DNA of 35,106 bases from a virus. The stretch is from the IMG/VR virus record IMGVR_UViG_3300027909_000015; one strand, written 5' to 3'. Below the pieces are notes generated by a model that was not told the origin of the DNA, ran no database searches, and was given only the letters and a program-made list of their open reading frames with translations. The position numbers and the translations under genes were made by a program. Shown piece by piece: positions 14,612-24,158 of this stretch (the stretch's first letter is position 1; each line of letters starts with the position of its first letter).

Positions 14612-15724
14612 CTAAGAGCCTAAGAGGCTCAAGGGGCGTATCCCCAAGTCGGGGATCGTGATATGCCGACGCTGAAACTCCACGATCAAGAGGTCCCGCA
14701 ATTCTTTGGGGGCGTTCTTGAAGGACTCGACCAGTTGCGCCGTGGACATCGTGCGGAGCTTCGCCATCACCGGGCCAATCGTCGGATTCGCCTTCGGCAA
14801 GAGCGGCTCCCCACCCCGGACTTCAGGGGAGCGAGTCGGGGCCGCTTCCCCGTGGTAGATCGGATGACCCGGACGCGGTTCCGGCAGTCCCAGCGGGGGA
14901 CGCCGTTGATACGTCGGGATATCCAAGCCCGTGGGAGTACGCCGGGGCGCCGGGGTCGTCCGCAACGTCCCTTGCGGCGGGGCGATGTCAAACCGCTCGA
15001 CTTCCCGCAACGCGCGTTGCGCCGCTTTCGCCGCTGGCGCGGCTTCCCGGCGGATGGTCCCGGCGACCCGACCCGCGACCCGTCCGGGAAGCCCCGCGAG
15101 TTTCCGCCCCGCGAGCCACGCTAACGACGCCCCCACGGGTAACGCGGCGGCTCCGGCGCCAATCGCGGCCCCCACGCCTCCCGCCGTCGCCCGGTCTTCC
15201 AAGTCGCCTTCCGACCGTGCCGCGCCTTCGACGCCTCCCAAGAGGCCCCCCGTGGCAATGCTCCCGGCGAGTCGTCCAGCGGGGCCCAGTTTGGCAATCC
15301 GCGCCACCGGCACGGCTAGGGTGGGCAAGGTCCCCGCGACTTCTCCGGCGATGTACGAGAGGGGATTCGCTTCCCGGCCTGCTCGGGTGGCTTGGCGCGT
15401 TTCGTCCCGCTGGGACGCGTAGGCTTTCAAGGGGTTCGATTCGCCCCCCGGAATGAACGGCGCCCAGAGTCCTGCTAAGAGCCCAGCGGCTTCGTCCCCC
15501 AGTCCCAAGGTCGCGGCTTGCGACGCCCCAAGGCCGAAGGTGGCGAGTTTCCCCGGCGCGGCTCCGGCTACGTCAGCGGCGTTTGCGGCTTCCCGTTGCT
15601 GCGCGAGGTGGGGGCGCGCGGCGTTGAAGGCCCGTCGCGCCCGTGCGTTTGTCGGGTCTTTGACTAAGAGCGCTTGGGCGGTCTTCGCGATCCCGGCCCA
15701 CTGCTCCGGCGTGTAGTCTTTCAC
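14612..15724 (-). CDS. Internal virion/ejection-type protein (Ala/Gly-rich, glycine-zipper segments), 370 aa
   Basis: Track ORF with a GTGA overlap. The call rests on composition and on its position after the tailspike, as in podovirus core/ejection proteins. Confidence 0.45.
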   Translation of the reverse strand: MKDYTPEQWAGIAKTAQALLVKDPTNARARRAFNAARPHLAQQREAANAADVAGAAPGKLATFGLGASQAATLGLGDEAAGLLAGLWAPFIPGGESNPLKAYASQRDETRQATRAGREANPLSYIAGEVAGTLPTLAVPVARIAKLGPAGRLAGSIATGGLLGGVEGAARSEGDLEDRATAGGVGAAIGAGAAALPVGASLAWLAGRKLAGLPGRVAGRVAGTIRREAAPAAKAAQRALREVERFDIAPPQGTLRTTPAPRRTPTGLDIPTYQRRPPLGLPEPRPGHPIYHGEAAPTRSPEVRGGEPLLPKANPTIGPVMAKLRTMSTAQLVESFKNAPKELRDLLIVEFQRRHITIPDLGIRPLSLLGS

Positions 15725-16737
15725 GGCGGTACCGGGAGCATGTCATCAAAGTTGTCTTCCTCGTCCGGCACCGTGACCGGGGCCTGCTTGGGCAACGACC
15801 GCCCAGCGGCGAGCCGAATGGCCTGAATCGCCCGCTCCCGCGCCAAGGCCTTCTGCCGCAACGTCTCGGGCTTGTCCCCCACTTGCGGGAGGAAGGTTTG
15901 CGCGGTGCGCTGGGTTTCGGCTTCCGTCGAAGCCGCTCCCGACACGACGTAGTTGTAGGACTGCGCCAGTTGGAGCGCCGCTTGATTCTGCTGCTGCCGC
16001 GCTCCCGAGACGACGGTGTTCCCGAGGCCGAAGGGCAGTTGCGCGGCGGCGGCTTGTTCGAGGCTCGGCGCGGTCGCCTGCTGGAGCAGTTCGTAGGCTT
16101 GCTCCGCGACCATATGCAACGCCCCGGCCCGGCGTTCGGACTCCGTGGGAATCTGCCCCGCCGCCGTCTGCTGGAAGGCCCCGGCCCCCGTGGCTTCGAT
16201 GCGTCCGTCCGAGTAGAAGCGCAGCAACGCCGGAACGCCACCCGACAAGACGGGCTTCCCGGTCTTCGGATCGACCAACCCTGCCCGGAGGACGCCCCGG
16301 TCAGGGCGTTCGGGTTTCAGTTGCGCGAGCACGTTCGAGAGCTTTCCCACCAGGTCTTCGGTGCCCGGCTGCCCCGCGAGTTCGGACACCATCTGGGCGA
16401 CCCGCTGATAGGGGTCGGCGATGCCTTGCGCTTTCTGGGCCACTCCGGCAACCTGCGCTTGCGTCCGTTGCTGTTGCTGATACGCTTGGAGCCGCATGGC
16501 TTGCTGGGTGAGGTCGTTGATATCCACCCCCCCAATCGCGCGCCCGATGTTCGCCAGCGTCCCGCCTTGCTGGGCTGAAGCCCCTCCCGCTTGGAGCAGA
16601 TTCGTCCCGAGTTGCAGGAGCCCCTGACGGCCCACGGCCTGTCCGGCTTGGGGATCGAGCATCCCGAGCGACGGAAAGAGCCGCTGTTGCAAGCGGTCGA
16701 GAATCGACAACTTCGGAGGCGAGTACGGGGCGGTCAC
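15721..16737 (-). CDS. Internal virion/ejection-type protein (Gln/Ala-rich), about 338 aa
   Basis: Track ORF 15721-16746. GTG 16737 gives a GTGA overlap with the upstream stop. Confidence 0.45.
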   Translation of the reverse strand: MTAPYSPPKLSILDRLQQRLFPSLGMLDPQAGQAVGRQGLLQLGTNLLQAGGASAQQGGTLANIGRAIGGVDINDLTQQAMRLQAYQQQQRTQAQVAGVAQKAQGIADPYQRVAQMVSELAGQPGTEDLVGKLSNVLAQLKPERPDRGVLRAGLVDPKTGKPVLSGGVPALLRFYSDGRIEATGAGAFQQTAAGQIPTESERRAGALHMVAEQAYELLQQATAPSLEQAAAAQLPFGLGNTVVSGARQQQNQAALQLAQSYNYVVSGAASTEAETQRTAQTFLPQVGDKPETLRQKALARERAIQAIRLAAGRSLPKQAPVTVPDEEDNFDDMLPVPP

Positions 16738-17393
16738 CGATACCACTGGCTCGGGTCAAAGGGGAACCCGCTAAAGCCTCCGCCGCCGAGGATGCCCCCC
16801 GCTTGCGCGCCCGCCCCACCGGCTCCCGCCATGAAGCCGAGCGGCCCCCCACCAAACAGACTCGCCCCAGTGAGTCCGAGCCCGAGCAACTGGCTAAACG
16901 GGTCCGACTGGGTGTGCGTCGTCTGCGTCTGCCCGTAGGGCCCGATCCCCGCGTTCAGAATCCCGAGCATCTGGGGATCGACTCCGAAGCCGAGATTGGC
17001 GAGCTGCCCGGCGCGTCCGAGGGCGTTCTGGTATTCCCCATACCGCTGTCCCGCTTGCCCCTGCGCGATTTGTCCGAGCGCTGCGCCTTCGGCTACGCCT
17101 TGACGACTTCCCCCAAAGGCTCCGGCTTGCGTGGCTTGGTCCCCGATGGTGCCGAGCGTCGTCTGGCGGAGTTGATTCCAGTACGGGTCGAGCATCGCCC
17201 CGTAGCCCCCCATCAACCCTTGGAGCGCGTTCGCATCCCCGCCGAGCGCCGAGAGGCCGGTCTGGCCGAGGCCCCGCGCTTGCGCGTAGAGGGGATTGTT
17301 CTGTGCTCCGAGCGCCGCTTGGCGCATCTGTTCGACATACTGCTGGGTGCGCGGATCGACCGTTGTGCTTTGGGTTTGCTGGCCGCCTTTCAC
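16734..17393 (-). CDS. Internal virion/ejection-type protein (Gly/Gln-rich), 219 aa
   Basis: Track ORF with a GTGA overlap and a low-complexity GGxG C-terminus. Confidence 0.45.
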   Translation of the reverse strand: MKGGQQTQSTTVDPRTQQYVEQMRQAALGAQNNPLYAQARGLGQTGLSALGGDANALQGLMGGYGAMLDPYWNQLRQTTLGTIGDQATQAGAFGGSRQGVAEGAALGQIAQGQAGQRYGEYQNALGRAGQLANLGFGVDPQMLGILNAGIGPYGQTQTTHTQSDPFSQLLGLGLTGASLFGGGPLGFMAGAGGAGAQAGGILGGGGFSGFPFDPSQWYR

Positions 17394-17725
17394 AGGTCAC
17401 GCTCCATCACGATAGACTGAAAGTGCCAGCCGCTCGACAAGAGCCACGGCACGCGGCGCCACCCTTCGCGCCCCATCAGACTCGCCCGCGTACAGCCCAT
17501 CGCCCGCCCCCAATCGAGGATGGCGGGGACCATAGATTGCACCTCGGCCATCCGCCCTTCGGTCAAAAAGAAGTGCAGATACTTGGCGAGCGGCGTTTCG
17601 CGGATTTCGGTGACGATGATGGACTCCCCTTCGCCCCAACCCTGGAAGCGCCCACAGGCTACCCCTTCGGCAATGTCTTCAGGCCGATGCGTGTTCGCGA
17701 GGGCTAAGGCGTGGGGAGCGATCAA
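17390..17725 (-). CDS. Hypothetical protein, 111 aa (weak resemblance to the C-terminal half of a GNAT fold)
   Basis: Track ORF. The ..MGCTRASLMGREGWRRV..GW... pattern is only suggestive. Confidence 0.5.
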   Translation of the reverse strand: MIAPHALALANTHRPEDIAEGVACGRFQGWGEGESIIVTEIRETPLAKYLHFFLTEGRMAEVQSMVPAILDWGRAMGCTRASLMGREGWRRVPWLLSSGWHFQSIVMERDL

Positions 17726-19113
17726 ATATCCGCCCCTGACCGATAGGTCTCGATGAGGTTTGTCCCGTCATCGTAGAACTCATAGAGACGCCGCTTCGTG
17801 CTCGCGGGTGCCACGAACGCCCCGGCAAGCAAATAGGCGCCCCCGAACGTCACCGCACCGAGCGCCCCCCCGGACGAGTTCTTGATATCCAGCAACAGCC
17901 GTCGCCCCGTCCGCCGATTGTTGCCATTGTTGACCGTGAACGCCGTTCCATTAGTGGCGACAATCGTGTTGACTTGCGCCTCATGGTTCGGGTTCATGGA
18001 AGCAGAATAGGTGATGGCATTGATCTGCACTTCAGGAGCGGGCAGCATCGACAACGGCCCATTCGTCGTCATCTCCCCGACCCGCGTCGAACGCCGCACG
18101 CCAGCCTGCGTATCGTTGAACGTCAACCCCCCAGGCGCCGCATAGGAGTTGAGCCCGAACATGCTCGGACTCGTCCCCCCCACTGGAACGATGTCAATAG
18201 TCAGAGTACCGGAAGGGATCAACTCAAAGCGATTACCCAAGAACATGGCGGACACGCCTTCTTGGTGTAACGCCATGGTACTGTTGGTGCCAATGAAGTT
18301 TGATCCGATGACGCGGAGCGTATCAGCGCCCCGCGAAGCAGCCCCATCCACATAAATGAACGTGGCCGTCGTTCCAGAGACAAGGCAATCAAGCAAGGAC
18401 GTGCCGTCCGGTTGACTCCCCGCGCTGGAGGTCAAGAGGAAGTTCTTGGCGCTGGCCGCTGCGTTTTCGATTTTGCACTTCAAGAGCGAGTTATACATGA
18501 CATCTCCACCACTCGCTCCGCCCTTGAATTGCACGCCGTAGACATTGGGATTGCCGATGGCGACTCGCACCAGATTGCATTCTGAGGCCGCTTCCAGTCG
18601 AATCCCACCGGCATTATTCGCTTGGTTCACGAAAGCGGAAAACCCGATGTCCTCAATGTGAACTCGTTTAGAAGCGATGGAGGCGTCGTTGGGGATGACC
18701 ATTTCCAGCGCCGTCCCAGCCTTTTGGTAGAGCCAGGTTCCCCGTGATCCTCCGAAGGTGCCTCCTGTCCCCTCCCCAACAATGCGCGTACCAGGGTAAT
18801 ACTTGAGTTGGGTGAAGATATAGCCATTGTTGGCGTCCAAGGCCGGGACGTAAACACCTCGGTAGGCACGGGCATTGGCGGCATCAATCGCTGCCTGAAT
18901 GGCGGCGGTATCGTCGGTCACGCCATCCCCGACCGCCCCAAACGCCTTCACATTGAACAGCGGCCCCGTCAGAGCAGGGGGGACAGTTGAATCAGGGTCA
19001 TAACCCGACCCTGAGAGGAGTTCCCGAAGCGCTCGGTTATTTGTGTCAGAAAGTGTCGGATGTCCTCGTCCGACCATGCGCTCAGCATAGAGTTGCCAGG
19101 GAAGTGCAGCCAT
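17722..19113 (-). CDS. Tailspike with a right-handed beta-helix (pectate-lyase-3 type) depolymerase domain, 463 aa
   Basis: Track ORF. The motif FNVKAFGAVGDGVTDDTAAIQAAIDAA is the hallmark start of the Pectate_lyase_3 / tailspike beta-helix. Confidence 0.75.
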   Translation of the reverse strand: MAALPWQLYAERMVGRGHPTLSDTNNRALRELLSGSGYDPDSTVPPALTGPLFNVKAFGAVGDGVTDDTAAIQAAIDAANARAYRGVYVPALDANNGYIFTQLKYYPGTRIVGEGTGGTFGGSRGTWLYQKAGTALEMVIPNDASIASKRVHIEDIGFSAFVNQANNAGGIRLEAASECNLVRVAIGNPNVYGVQFKGGASGGDVMYNSLLKCKIENAAASAKNFLLTSSAGSQPDGTSLLDCLVSGTTATFIYVDGAASRGADTLRVIGSNFIGTNSTMALHQEGVSAMFLGNRFELIPSGTLTIDIVPVGGTSPSMFGLNSYAAPGGLTFNDTQAGVRRSTRVGEMTTNGPLSMLPAPEVQINAITYSASMNPNHEAQVNTIVATNGTAFTVNNGNNRRTGRRLLLDIKNSSGGALGAVTFGGAYLLAGAFVAPASTKRRLYEFYDDGTNLIETYRSGADI

Positions 19114-19144
19114 TAGCTGTTGACCCCCATCAAGTCATCAAGCA

Positions 19145-19522
19145 CTACAGCACCCCATAAGCGGTGAGCCGCCAGTTAGTCCCGTCGTGCGCCACGTCCA
19201 CAAAGGCCGCTGTTCCGGCGGGGATCGTTTTCAAACCGCCCACGTCGAGCGTGAAGGCCCCGAGGCCCGTGCGTGTGATGCGAAACTTGCTCCCCGCCCC
19301 GGTCGCCGAAAGCGTCACGGTGCGATTCGCCGTCAATGCCGTGGCGAAGCGTTGTATCTCCAAGTCGCCCGCCACCAAGGTCACGTTCGCATCGCCCCGG
19401 TCACCCGAGACGTAGGACGTGGGACTCTGCTGCTCGGCGGTTGTCAGCACCCGTTCGAGTTCCGCCCGAAGTCGGTCTTGGTCGGCGCGGTCATACTTGT
19501 CGGGGGCCGCTGGAAGCTTCAC
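19145..19522 (-). CDS. Hypothetical tail-module protein, 125 aa
   Basis: In the frame of track ORF 19145-19687. GTG 19522 forms a GTGA overlap. Confidence 0.55.
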   Translation of the reverse strand: MKLPAAPDKYDRADQDRLRAELERVLTTAEQQSPTSYVSGDRGDANVTLVAGDLEIQRFATALTANRTVTLSATGAGSKFRITRTGLGAFTLDVGGLKTIPAGTAAFVDVAHDGTNWRLTAYGVL

Positions 19523-21120
19523 CGGCGGCTCCCCGGAATGATGCCCAAGCGCATCGTGCCCAGCCGGAAGTCCACCGTCCCCACAGGGCCCGCCAAAAGC
19601 GAGCCATCGGCGAGAAAGCTCCCATCCGCGAACACATCCAAGTCCCCGACTTGCTCGAACCGCACCCGCACCTGACGGCCTGACCACCGGATATCCGTTT
19701 CGGCGGTCAGCGCGTAGGGCCCGTAGGTTTGCTCCGCTTGGTGGGGCTGGAAGCTCGCAAAGAACGTCGCTTCCACCTGCCCAATCGGGAGATCGTCAGG
19801 AATCAACTTCTGGAACGTCAGCGTGCGATCCCCGCTCCCGAGTTCGATCGGCCCGGATTCGATGTAGGCGTTCTCCCCGCCCCGGTCTTGCCCGACTTCA
19901 TGGGCGTACAACTTCCCGGCGGAGTCCCAGCACATCGGCTGCGCGAAGACCCCAGCTCCCACCCCTGCGGCCCGTCCGAGGGTGCCGGTCATCCAGAACC
20001 CGCCCCGGTAGTTGTAGGCGACGTAGCGGTCATTCTCGGTCCCGCTCTGGGATGCCGAGGGGTAGAACCACCACACTTCTCCGAACGCGGCATTGGCAAA
20101 GGCGGCGATCTTCGCTTTCTGGCTCTTGTTGAAATCCCCGAAGACGTAATCCGCCACCTCGCACGGCAACTGCCTTACGGCGCCGTCGTAGCGGAAAAAC
20201 TGCCCGTCGCTCATCCAATAGGCGGCGCCTTCCACAATAGCCATTGCGTTCGGCCCCAAGAGTCCACACCCGTCGCCGCGTTGGTCGAAGCGGTAGATAA
20301 ACGGCCCTCCGATGTACACGGCGGCCCAGAGGTCGGCATCCGTCCAGAGCAGGGTCTCTCTCGCGGTGCGTTTCCCTGCGATCAACCGCCCATTCGTTTG
20401 CAAGACAAAATCCCCCGCCGAATTGGTGACCGCTGGCGCCCACGTCGTTTCTGTCTCTTGGGAAGCCCACGCCACTTGTCGGGGATTCGAGCTAGACCCG
20501 AGGGCCATGATGAACCGCTCCCCCGTCACCACAACGGCCCGGCATCCCGTGGGGGCGTTGGTGAGTTGGGTAAAGTCGTTGGCGATGTTCTTGTCCCAGA
20601 TCCAAATCTTCCCATCGGACGTGAGACACCCGAGGAGTTTTTCCCCAAAGTTGTCGAGCGACCACGTATCGGCATCCACCAACACCCCTGCTGCGGCGCC
20701 GACACCGCCCCAGCCGCCTTCCCCCCAGCCCCCGGAGCCCCAGCCCGTGGCCCCACCAGCGGAGATTGCGCCATCCGCGACCCCATCCACCAAGCCGCCG
20801 GGGGTGATGTCGGTCAGCGTCGATGGCGTGTAGGCGTAGGCTTTCGTCGTTCCGCTTCCCGTGGTCGCGACGGCGAGCCACGCCGAGGCGTCATTGCCGC
20901 GCCACGCATGGGTCCCACGGGGAAAGCCCACAGCGTCGATTTCGGCTCCCGTACTGGACTGCTGGAGCGCCCACCCGCCAATCGGCAAGAGGGGCGGATA
21001 CTGGGACCCATCGGGGAGCCAACGGATCAGATTCGCCCGCGCCCAGCGTCCTTTCGCCTGATAGAGCGTCCCATTGGCGTAGAGGCCCGCTGGGAGGTTT
21101 AAGGGGAGGAATTGTTCCAC
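19519..21120 (-). CDS. Large tail structural protein (nozzle / tail-tubular-B-like, tentative), 533 aa
   Basis: Track ORF with a GTG start in a TAGTG junction. It is Trp/Gly-rich and beta-propeller-like (..AYWMSDGQFFRYDG..EVWWFYPS..RYVAYNY..), and it sits between the fibre and the tailspike. Confidence 0.5.
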   Translation of the reverse strand: MEQFLPLNLPAGLYANGTLYQAKGRWARANLIRWLPDGSQYPPLLPIGGWALQQSSTGAEIDAVGFPRGTHAWRGNDASAWLAVATTGSGTTKAYAYTPSTLTDITPGGLVDGVADGAISAGGATGWGSGGWGEGGWGGVGAAAGVLVDADTWSLDNFGEKLLGCLTSDGKIWIWDKNIANDFTQLTNAPTGCRAVVVTGERFIMALGSSSNPRQVAWASQETETTWAPAVTNSAGDFVLQTNGRLIAGKRTARETLLWTDADLWAAVYIGGPFIYRFDQRGDGCGLLGPNAMAIVEGAAYWMSDGQFFRYDGAVRQLPCEVADYVFGDFNKSQKAKIAAFANAAFGEVWWFYPSASQSGTENDRYVAYNYRGGFWMTGTLGRAAGVGAGVFAQPMCWDSAGKLYAHEVGQDRGGENAYIESGPIELGSGDRTLTFQKLIPDDLPIGQVEATFFASFQPHQAEQTYGPYALTAETDIRWSGRQVRVRFEQVGDLDVFADGSFLADGSLLAGPVGTVDFRLGTMRLGIIPGSRR

Positions 21121-22067
21121 TAGCTCACGCTCGTGGTGTCAGGATCGAGGTACACAATCGTGGCCGTTTGCAGGGTAAACGTCCCCGCGCCCGTCTGGTC
21201 ACAGCCGAACGTCACGCCTTGCGCGCTGGCTTCATTCTCCGTGGGATTGGCCGACACGGGTTGCGACACGGCGGCATTGTTCACGAGCAGCATATCCACC
21301 CGCTGCGAACTCGTCGCCCGCCGAATCACCCACGCCTGCAAGAAGAACCGATTCCCCGCGAGGACCGTGAAGCTGGCGAGCGTCGTCGCCCCCCAGACCA
21401 AGGTGACCAAGGTATCCGTCGCGCCCACGAGGCCCGAGTAGGTGATATAGAGCCCCGCGCCGTTGCGATCCAAGCTTGCGGCGGGGAGCGTGTAACTAGC
21501 GACCGCCGTCAGCGTCGTGGAAGTCGTGGTCCGATTGGCGGCGGTGAAGATGGTGTGGGCCACCCGGTTCGTGCCGGTGCTGCCCCCGATCCGGGAGACG
21601 ACCTTCCCGTTTTGCTGGAGGTCGCCGCCGATCACAAACGCTTTCTGGTGGAGCACTGAGCCGTACCACGTGGTGCCGCCGTCGTAGGTGATGAGCCCGA
21701 TGATATCCACCCCGGAGGCGGTGAGTACCGGGTCCACGTCGCCGTTTTCCCAGACGACGGAGGCGGGCCACGTAATCGCGAAGGCGGCCCCGTTGGTGAT
21801 CTTGAGCCAGAGCCGCGTGAAGAACGTCGAGGTCGGGACGTTCGAGAACGCAATCGTTGTGACCTGCGTGTTCGTCCCCGTGAAGGCGCGGGCGAGCGAG
21901 CAGTCGATGGTCGTCGTCGCGCTCCACGAGAGGGCGGACTGAATCAGACGCGGCTTCGCCAACTCCGCGTCGATGTCATCCATGTTCGTGTTTCGCATCC
22001 CGCCCCAGTTCAGGTCACTGATGGCGGGCTTGTCGAACCCGTAGTTCGTGGTGAAGGTCGTGGCGAT
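21120..22067 (-). CDS. Tail-fibre-like protein, 315 aa if initiated at ATC 22067 (first canonical start is ATG 21998)
   Basis: Track ORF 21120-21998 has 23 more open sense codons upstream (IATTFTTNYGFDKPAISDLNWGG). These complete the fibre N-terminal motif (N.G..KP......W....N.N...iD). AGGAGGG lies 7 nt upstream of the in-frame ATC. Confidence 0.6.
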   Translation of the reverse strand: MATTFTTNYGFDKPAISDLNWGGMRNTNMDDIDAELAKPRLIQSALSWSATTTIDCSLARAFTGTNTQVTTIAFSNVPTSTFFTRLWLKITNGAAFAITWPASVVWENGDVDPVLTASGVDIIGLITYDGGTTWYGSVLHQKAFVIGGDLQQNGKVVSRIGGSTGTNRVAHTIFTAANRTTTSTTLTAVASYTLPAASLDRNGAGLYITYSGLVGATDTLVTLVWGATTLASFTVLAGNRFFLQAWVIRRATSSQRVDMLLVNNAAVSQPVSANPTENEASAQGVTFGCDQTGAGTFTLQTATIVYLDPDTTSVS

Positions 22068-22079
22068 GCGCCTACCCTC

Positions 22080-22799
22080 CTACCGCTGTAAGGCGTAACT
22101 GGAAATCATGCCCCATTTTTCACACAACGCTTGTTCCAAGGCCCAGAGCTGCGACGGCCCCAAGTCCTGCGTGAAGACCATCACTTCACACAGATGCCCA
22201 ATCCACGACGCGCCACCTACCGTCACGTCCGAATTGGTGTTGGTGCCAGCGATCCCCGCCGAGAAGGCGTGTATCCCGTCCACGCATTGCCGCGAGGTCG
22301 AGTTGAGCGGGGCCGCGACGAAGCTTTCCATGTGGTACGTGGTGACATCCCCGGCGACCGTCCCTCCGGCTTGCGCGGCGGCATCGTCAAACGGCGTGAA
22401 GGCGTTCGCCGTGGCCCAATCCAAACCCACCCCAATCCGGGCGGCGTTGAAGGTCGCCGCTTTGTGATACGCCGCGTCATCCGCCAAGGTGTTCTTGAGC
22501 AAGGCCACCACGGTGATCGGCCTCGCAATCGCTCCAGCGGTGGCGATCGTCATCGTATCCGTGGCGTCCACGAAGTTCACCGACGGGAAGCCGTTCGGGC
22601 CCCCCGTGGCCCGGAACAAGGGCTGGTTCGCCCCGGTGCCTTGCGCCAGATGCCGCGCGTTGCCCGAGAGATCGTTCCATTGCGCCACCGCCGCATCGGC
22701 GGCGGGTTGGGCGTTGCCGAACCCGTTGATGTAGTTCGCATCATACCACGCGAACAACCCCGGCAGGCAACGGACATCGATCCGATTGAGGTTCGGCAT
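22080..22799 (-). CDS. LamG/concanavalin-A-like jelly-roll domain protein (tail accessory or receptor-binding), 239 aa
   Basis: In the frame of track ORF 22080-22961, starting at ATG 22799. The sequence WNDLSGNARHLAQGTGANQPLF....NGFPSVNFVDATDTM is typical of LamG-type lectin domains. Confidence 0.55.
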   Translation of the reverse strand: MPNLNRIDVRCLPGLFAWYDANYINGFGNAQPAADAAVAQWNDLSGNARHLAQGTGANQPLFRATGGPNGFPSVNFVDATDTMTIATAGAIARPITVVALLKNTLADDAAYHKAATFNAARIGVGLDWATANAFTPFDDAAAQAGGTVAGDVTTYHMESFVAAPLNSTSRQCVDGIHAFSAGIAGTNTNSDVTVGGASWIGHLCEVMVFTQDLGPSQLWALEQALCEKWGMISSYALQR

Positions 22800-22800
22800 C

Positions 22801-23505
22801 TTAGAACACCCTCGATAGGGGTTGGAATCGTGGCCGCGTTCCGAAGGCGAGACGCTCGTCCTGTATCCGAATGTCTCGGAGTATCTTGGTAAACCGCGCT
22901 TCCCAAAGCGGCGTCCGCTCGTCATGCTGGAGATACGGCGCGGCTTCACAGAGCGCCCCATAGAGATACAGGTCGGGATGCTCCTGCCACACGGGGTTGG
23001 TCGCGTAGTTCGCCGCGCTAATCGGGAGGCCGAAGCTCGCGTTGAGCCCGATCATCGAGACGACGAGCGTGTAGAAGCTGTCCACCCCGGCGGAATCCTT
23101 GGGCGTGTTGGGGAGCGGATAGACTTTGAAACTCGTCCCGACTGCGGCGTAGGCTTCCGGGGCGCCAGGTCCCGGACTCGTGGTGTGCCACTCCATGAGT
23201 TGGTCCAGCGACACCTGTGGGAGTGGGGTCACGAGGCCAGAGGTATCGGCGGCGTCGGCGACTTTCCACCCGCAGGACTGAATCTCGACGGGGGTGAGGC
23301 CGACCGAGGCGATGGCGCTCGTTAACCCCGTGCCTGCCGCGACGGGCAGCGAAAACGCCCCGGTGCGGGTCAGGAAGGCGCGGAGTTCGCGCTGGAGCCG
23401 CGCTTCGGCGAGCCGAATGAAGTCGGGAATCCGCGCATCCAAGTCTGACCTTGCCAGCCACGCGGCGATGTTCGTCACGAGATCGTCGTAGGTGACGAAG
23501 GCCAT
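22801..23505 (-). CDS. Head-to-tail adaptor-like protein (tentative), 234 aa
   Basis: Track ORF. The N-terminus Y.DL...IA.WL.RSDL...IPDFI.LAE.RL.REL matches the adaptor/connector N-terminal pattern seen in many podoviruses. Confidence 0.45.
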   Translation of the reverse strand: MAFVTYDDLVTNIAAWLARSDLDARIPDFIRLAEARLQRELRAFLTRTGAFSLPVAAGTGLTSAIASVGLTPVEIQSCGWKVADAADTSGLVTPLPQVSLDQLMEWHTTSPGPGAPEAYAAVGTSFKVYPLPNTPKDSAGVDSFYTLVVSMIGLNASFGLPISAANYATNPVWQEHPDLYLYGALCEAAPYLQHDERTPLWEARFTKILRDIRIQDERLAFGTRPRFQPLSRVF

Positions 23506-24158
23506 TAGACCGCCGCCCGCGTCTGGACGGACTGCCGGGACGCCACGGCGTGTTGCGCCTCAAACTCCACCATCCCGATATGGGTCACCTGCTTCGAGAG
23601 GTCGTGATCCACGAGGATCGTCGCCCCGGCCTTCCGTAGCTGCTGACAGAAGTAGAGGTCTTCACCCACGTGAGCCCGGTCATCGGGGACATACCCCATC
23701 ATGAAGCGGGGAGCTGGTACAGTGCGGAGGAGATCGGCTTGGACGAGCATGACGCCCATCCCCGTCGCCGCGACAGGCTCAAGCCCGGTCGAGTCTTCCT
23801 CGGTATAGACCCGCGTCATCGGGTCGCCCAAGGACTTGACGCTCACGGGATGAAACGGGGGCCGTCTGGTCGTGTAGTTCGCGGCCACGACGGGTTGCTC
23901 GTGCGCGAGGAGCCGAACCAATGCGTCGGTCGGAAATCGCATGTCCGAGTCCAGATAGAGCAGGAAGTCGCATTGGGCCCGGAGGGCGGCGTCGGTCGTC
24001 TTTTCCCGTAACTCGGGCAGCCAGCAGCCGGTTGCCAGAAACCGCCGGAGGTCCAGGTCGGGACGCGCCGCAACAGTGTAAGCGAGGAGCCCGGCGAGGT
24101 CGTACGAGTGCCAGGCGAAGACCAAATCTGTCGAGACCAAGCAGACACCGACTCTCAT
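23505..24158 (-). CDS. GT-A fold glycosyltransferase (family-2-like), 217 aa
   Basis: Track ORF with DxD motif LLYLDSDMRF and a later GEDLYFCQQLRKAG motif. Its ATG forms an ATGA overlap with the Endo VII stop. Confidence 0.65.
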   Translation of the reverse strand: MRVGVCLVSTDLVFAWHSYDLAGLLAYTVAARPDLDLRRFLATGCWLPELREKTTDAALRAQCDFLLYLDSDMRFPTDALVRLLAHEQPVVAANYTTRRPPFHPVSVKSLGDPMTRVYTEEDSTGLEPVAATGMGVMLVQADLLRTVPAPRFMMGYVPDDRAHVGEDLYFCQQLRKAGATILVDHDLSKQVTHIGMVEFEAQHAVASRQSVQTRAAV

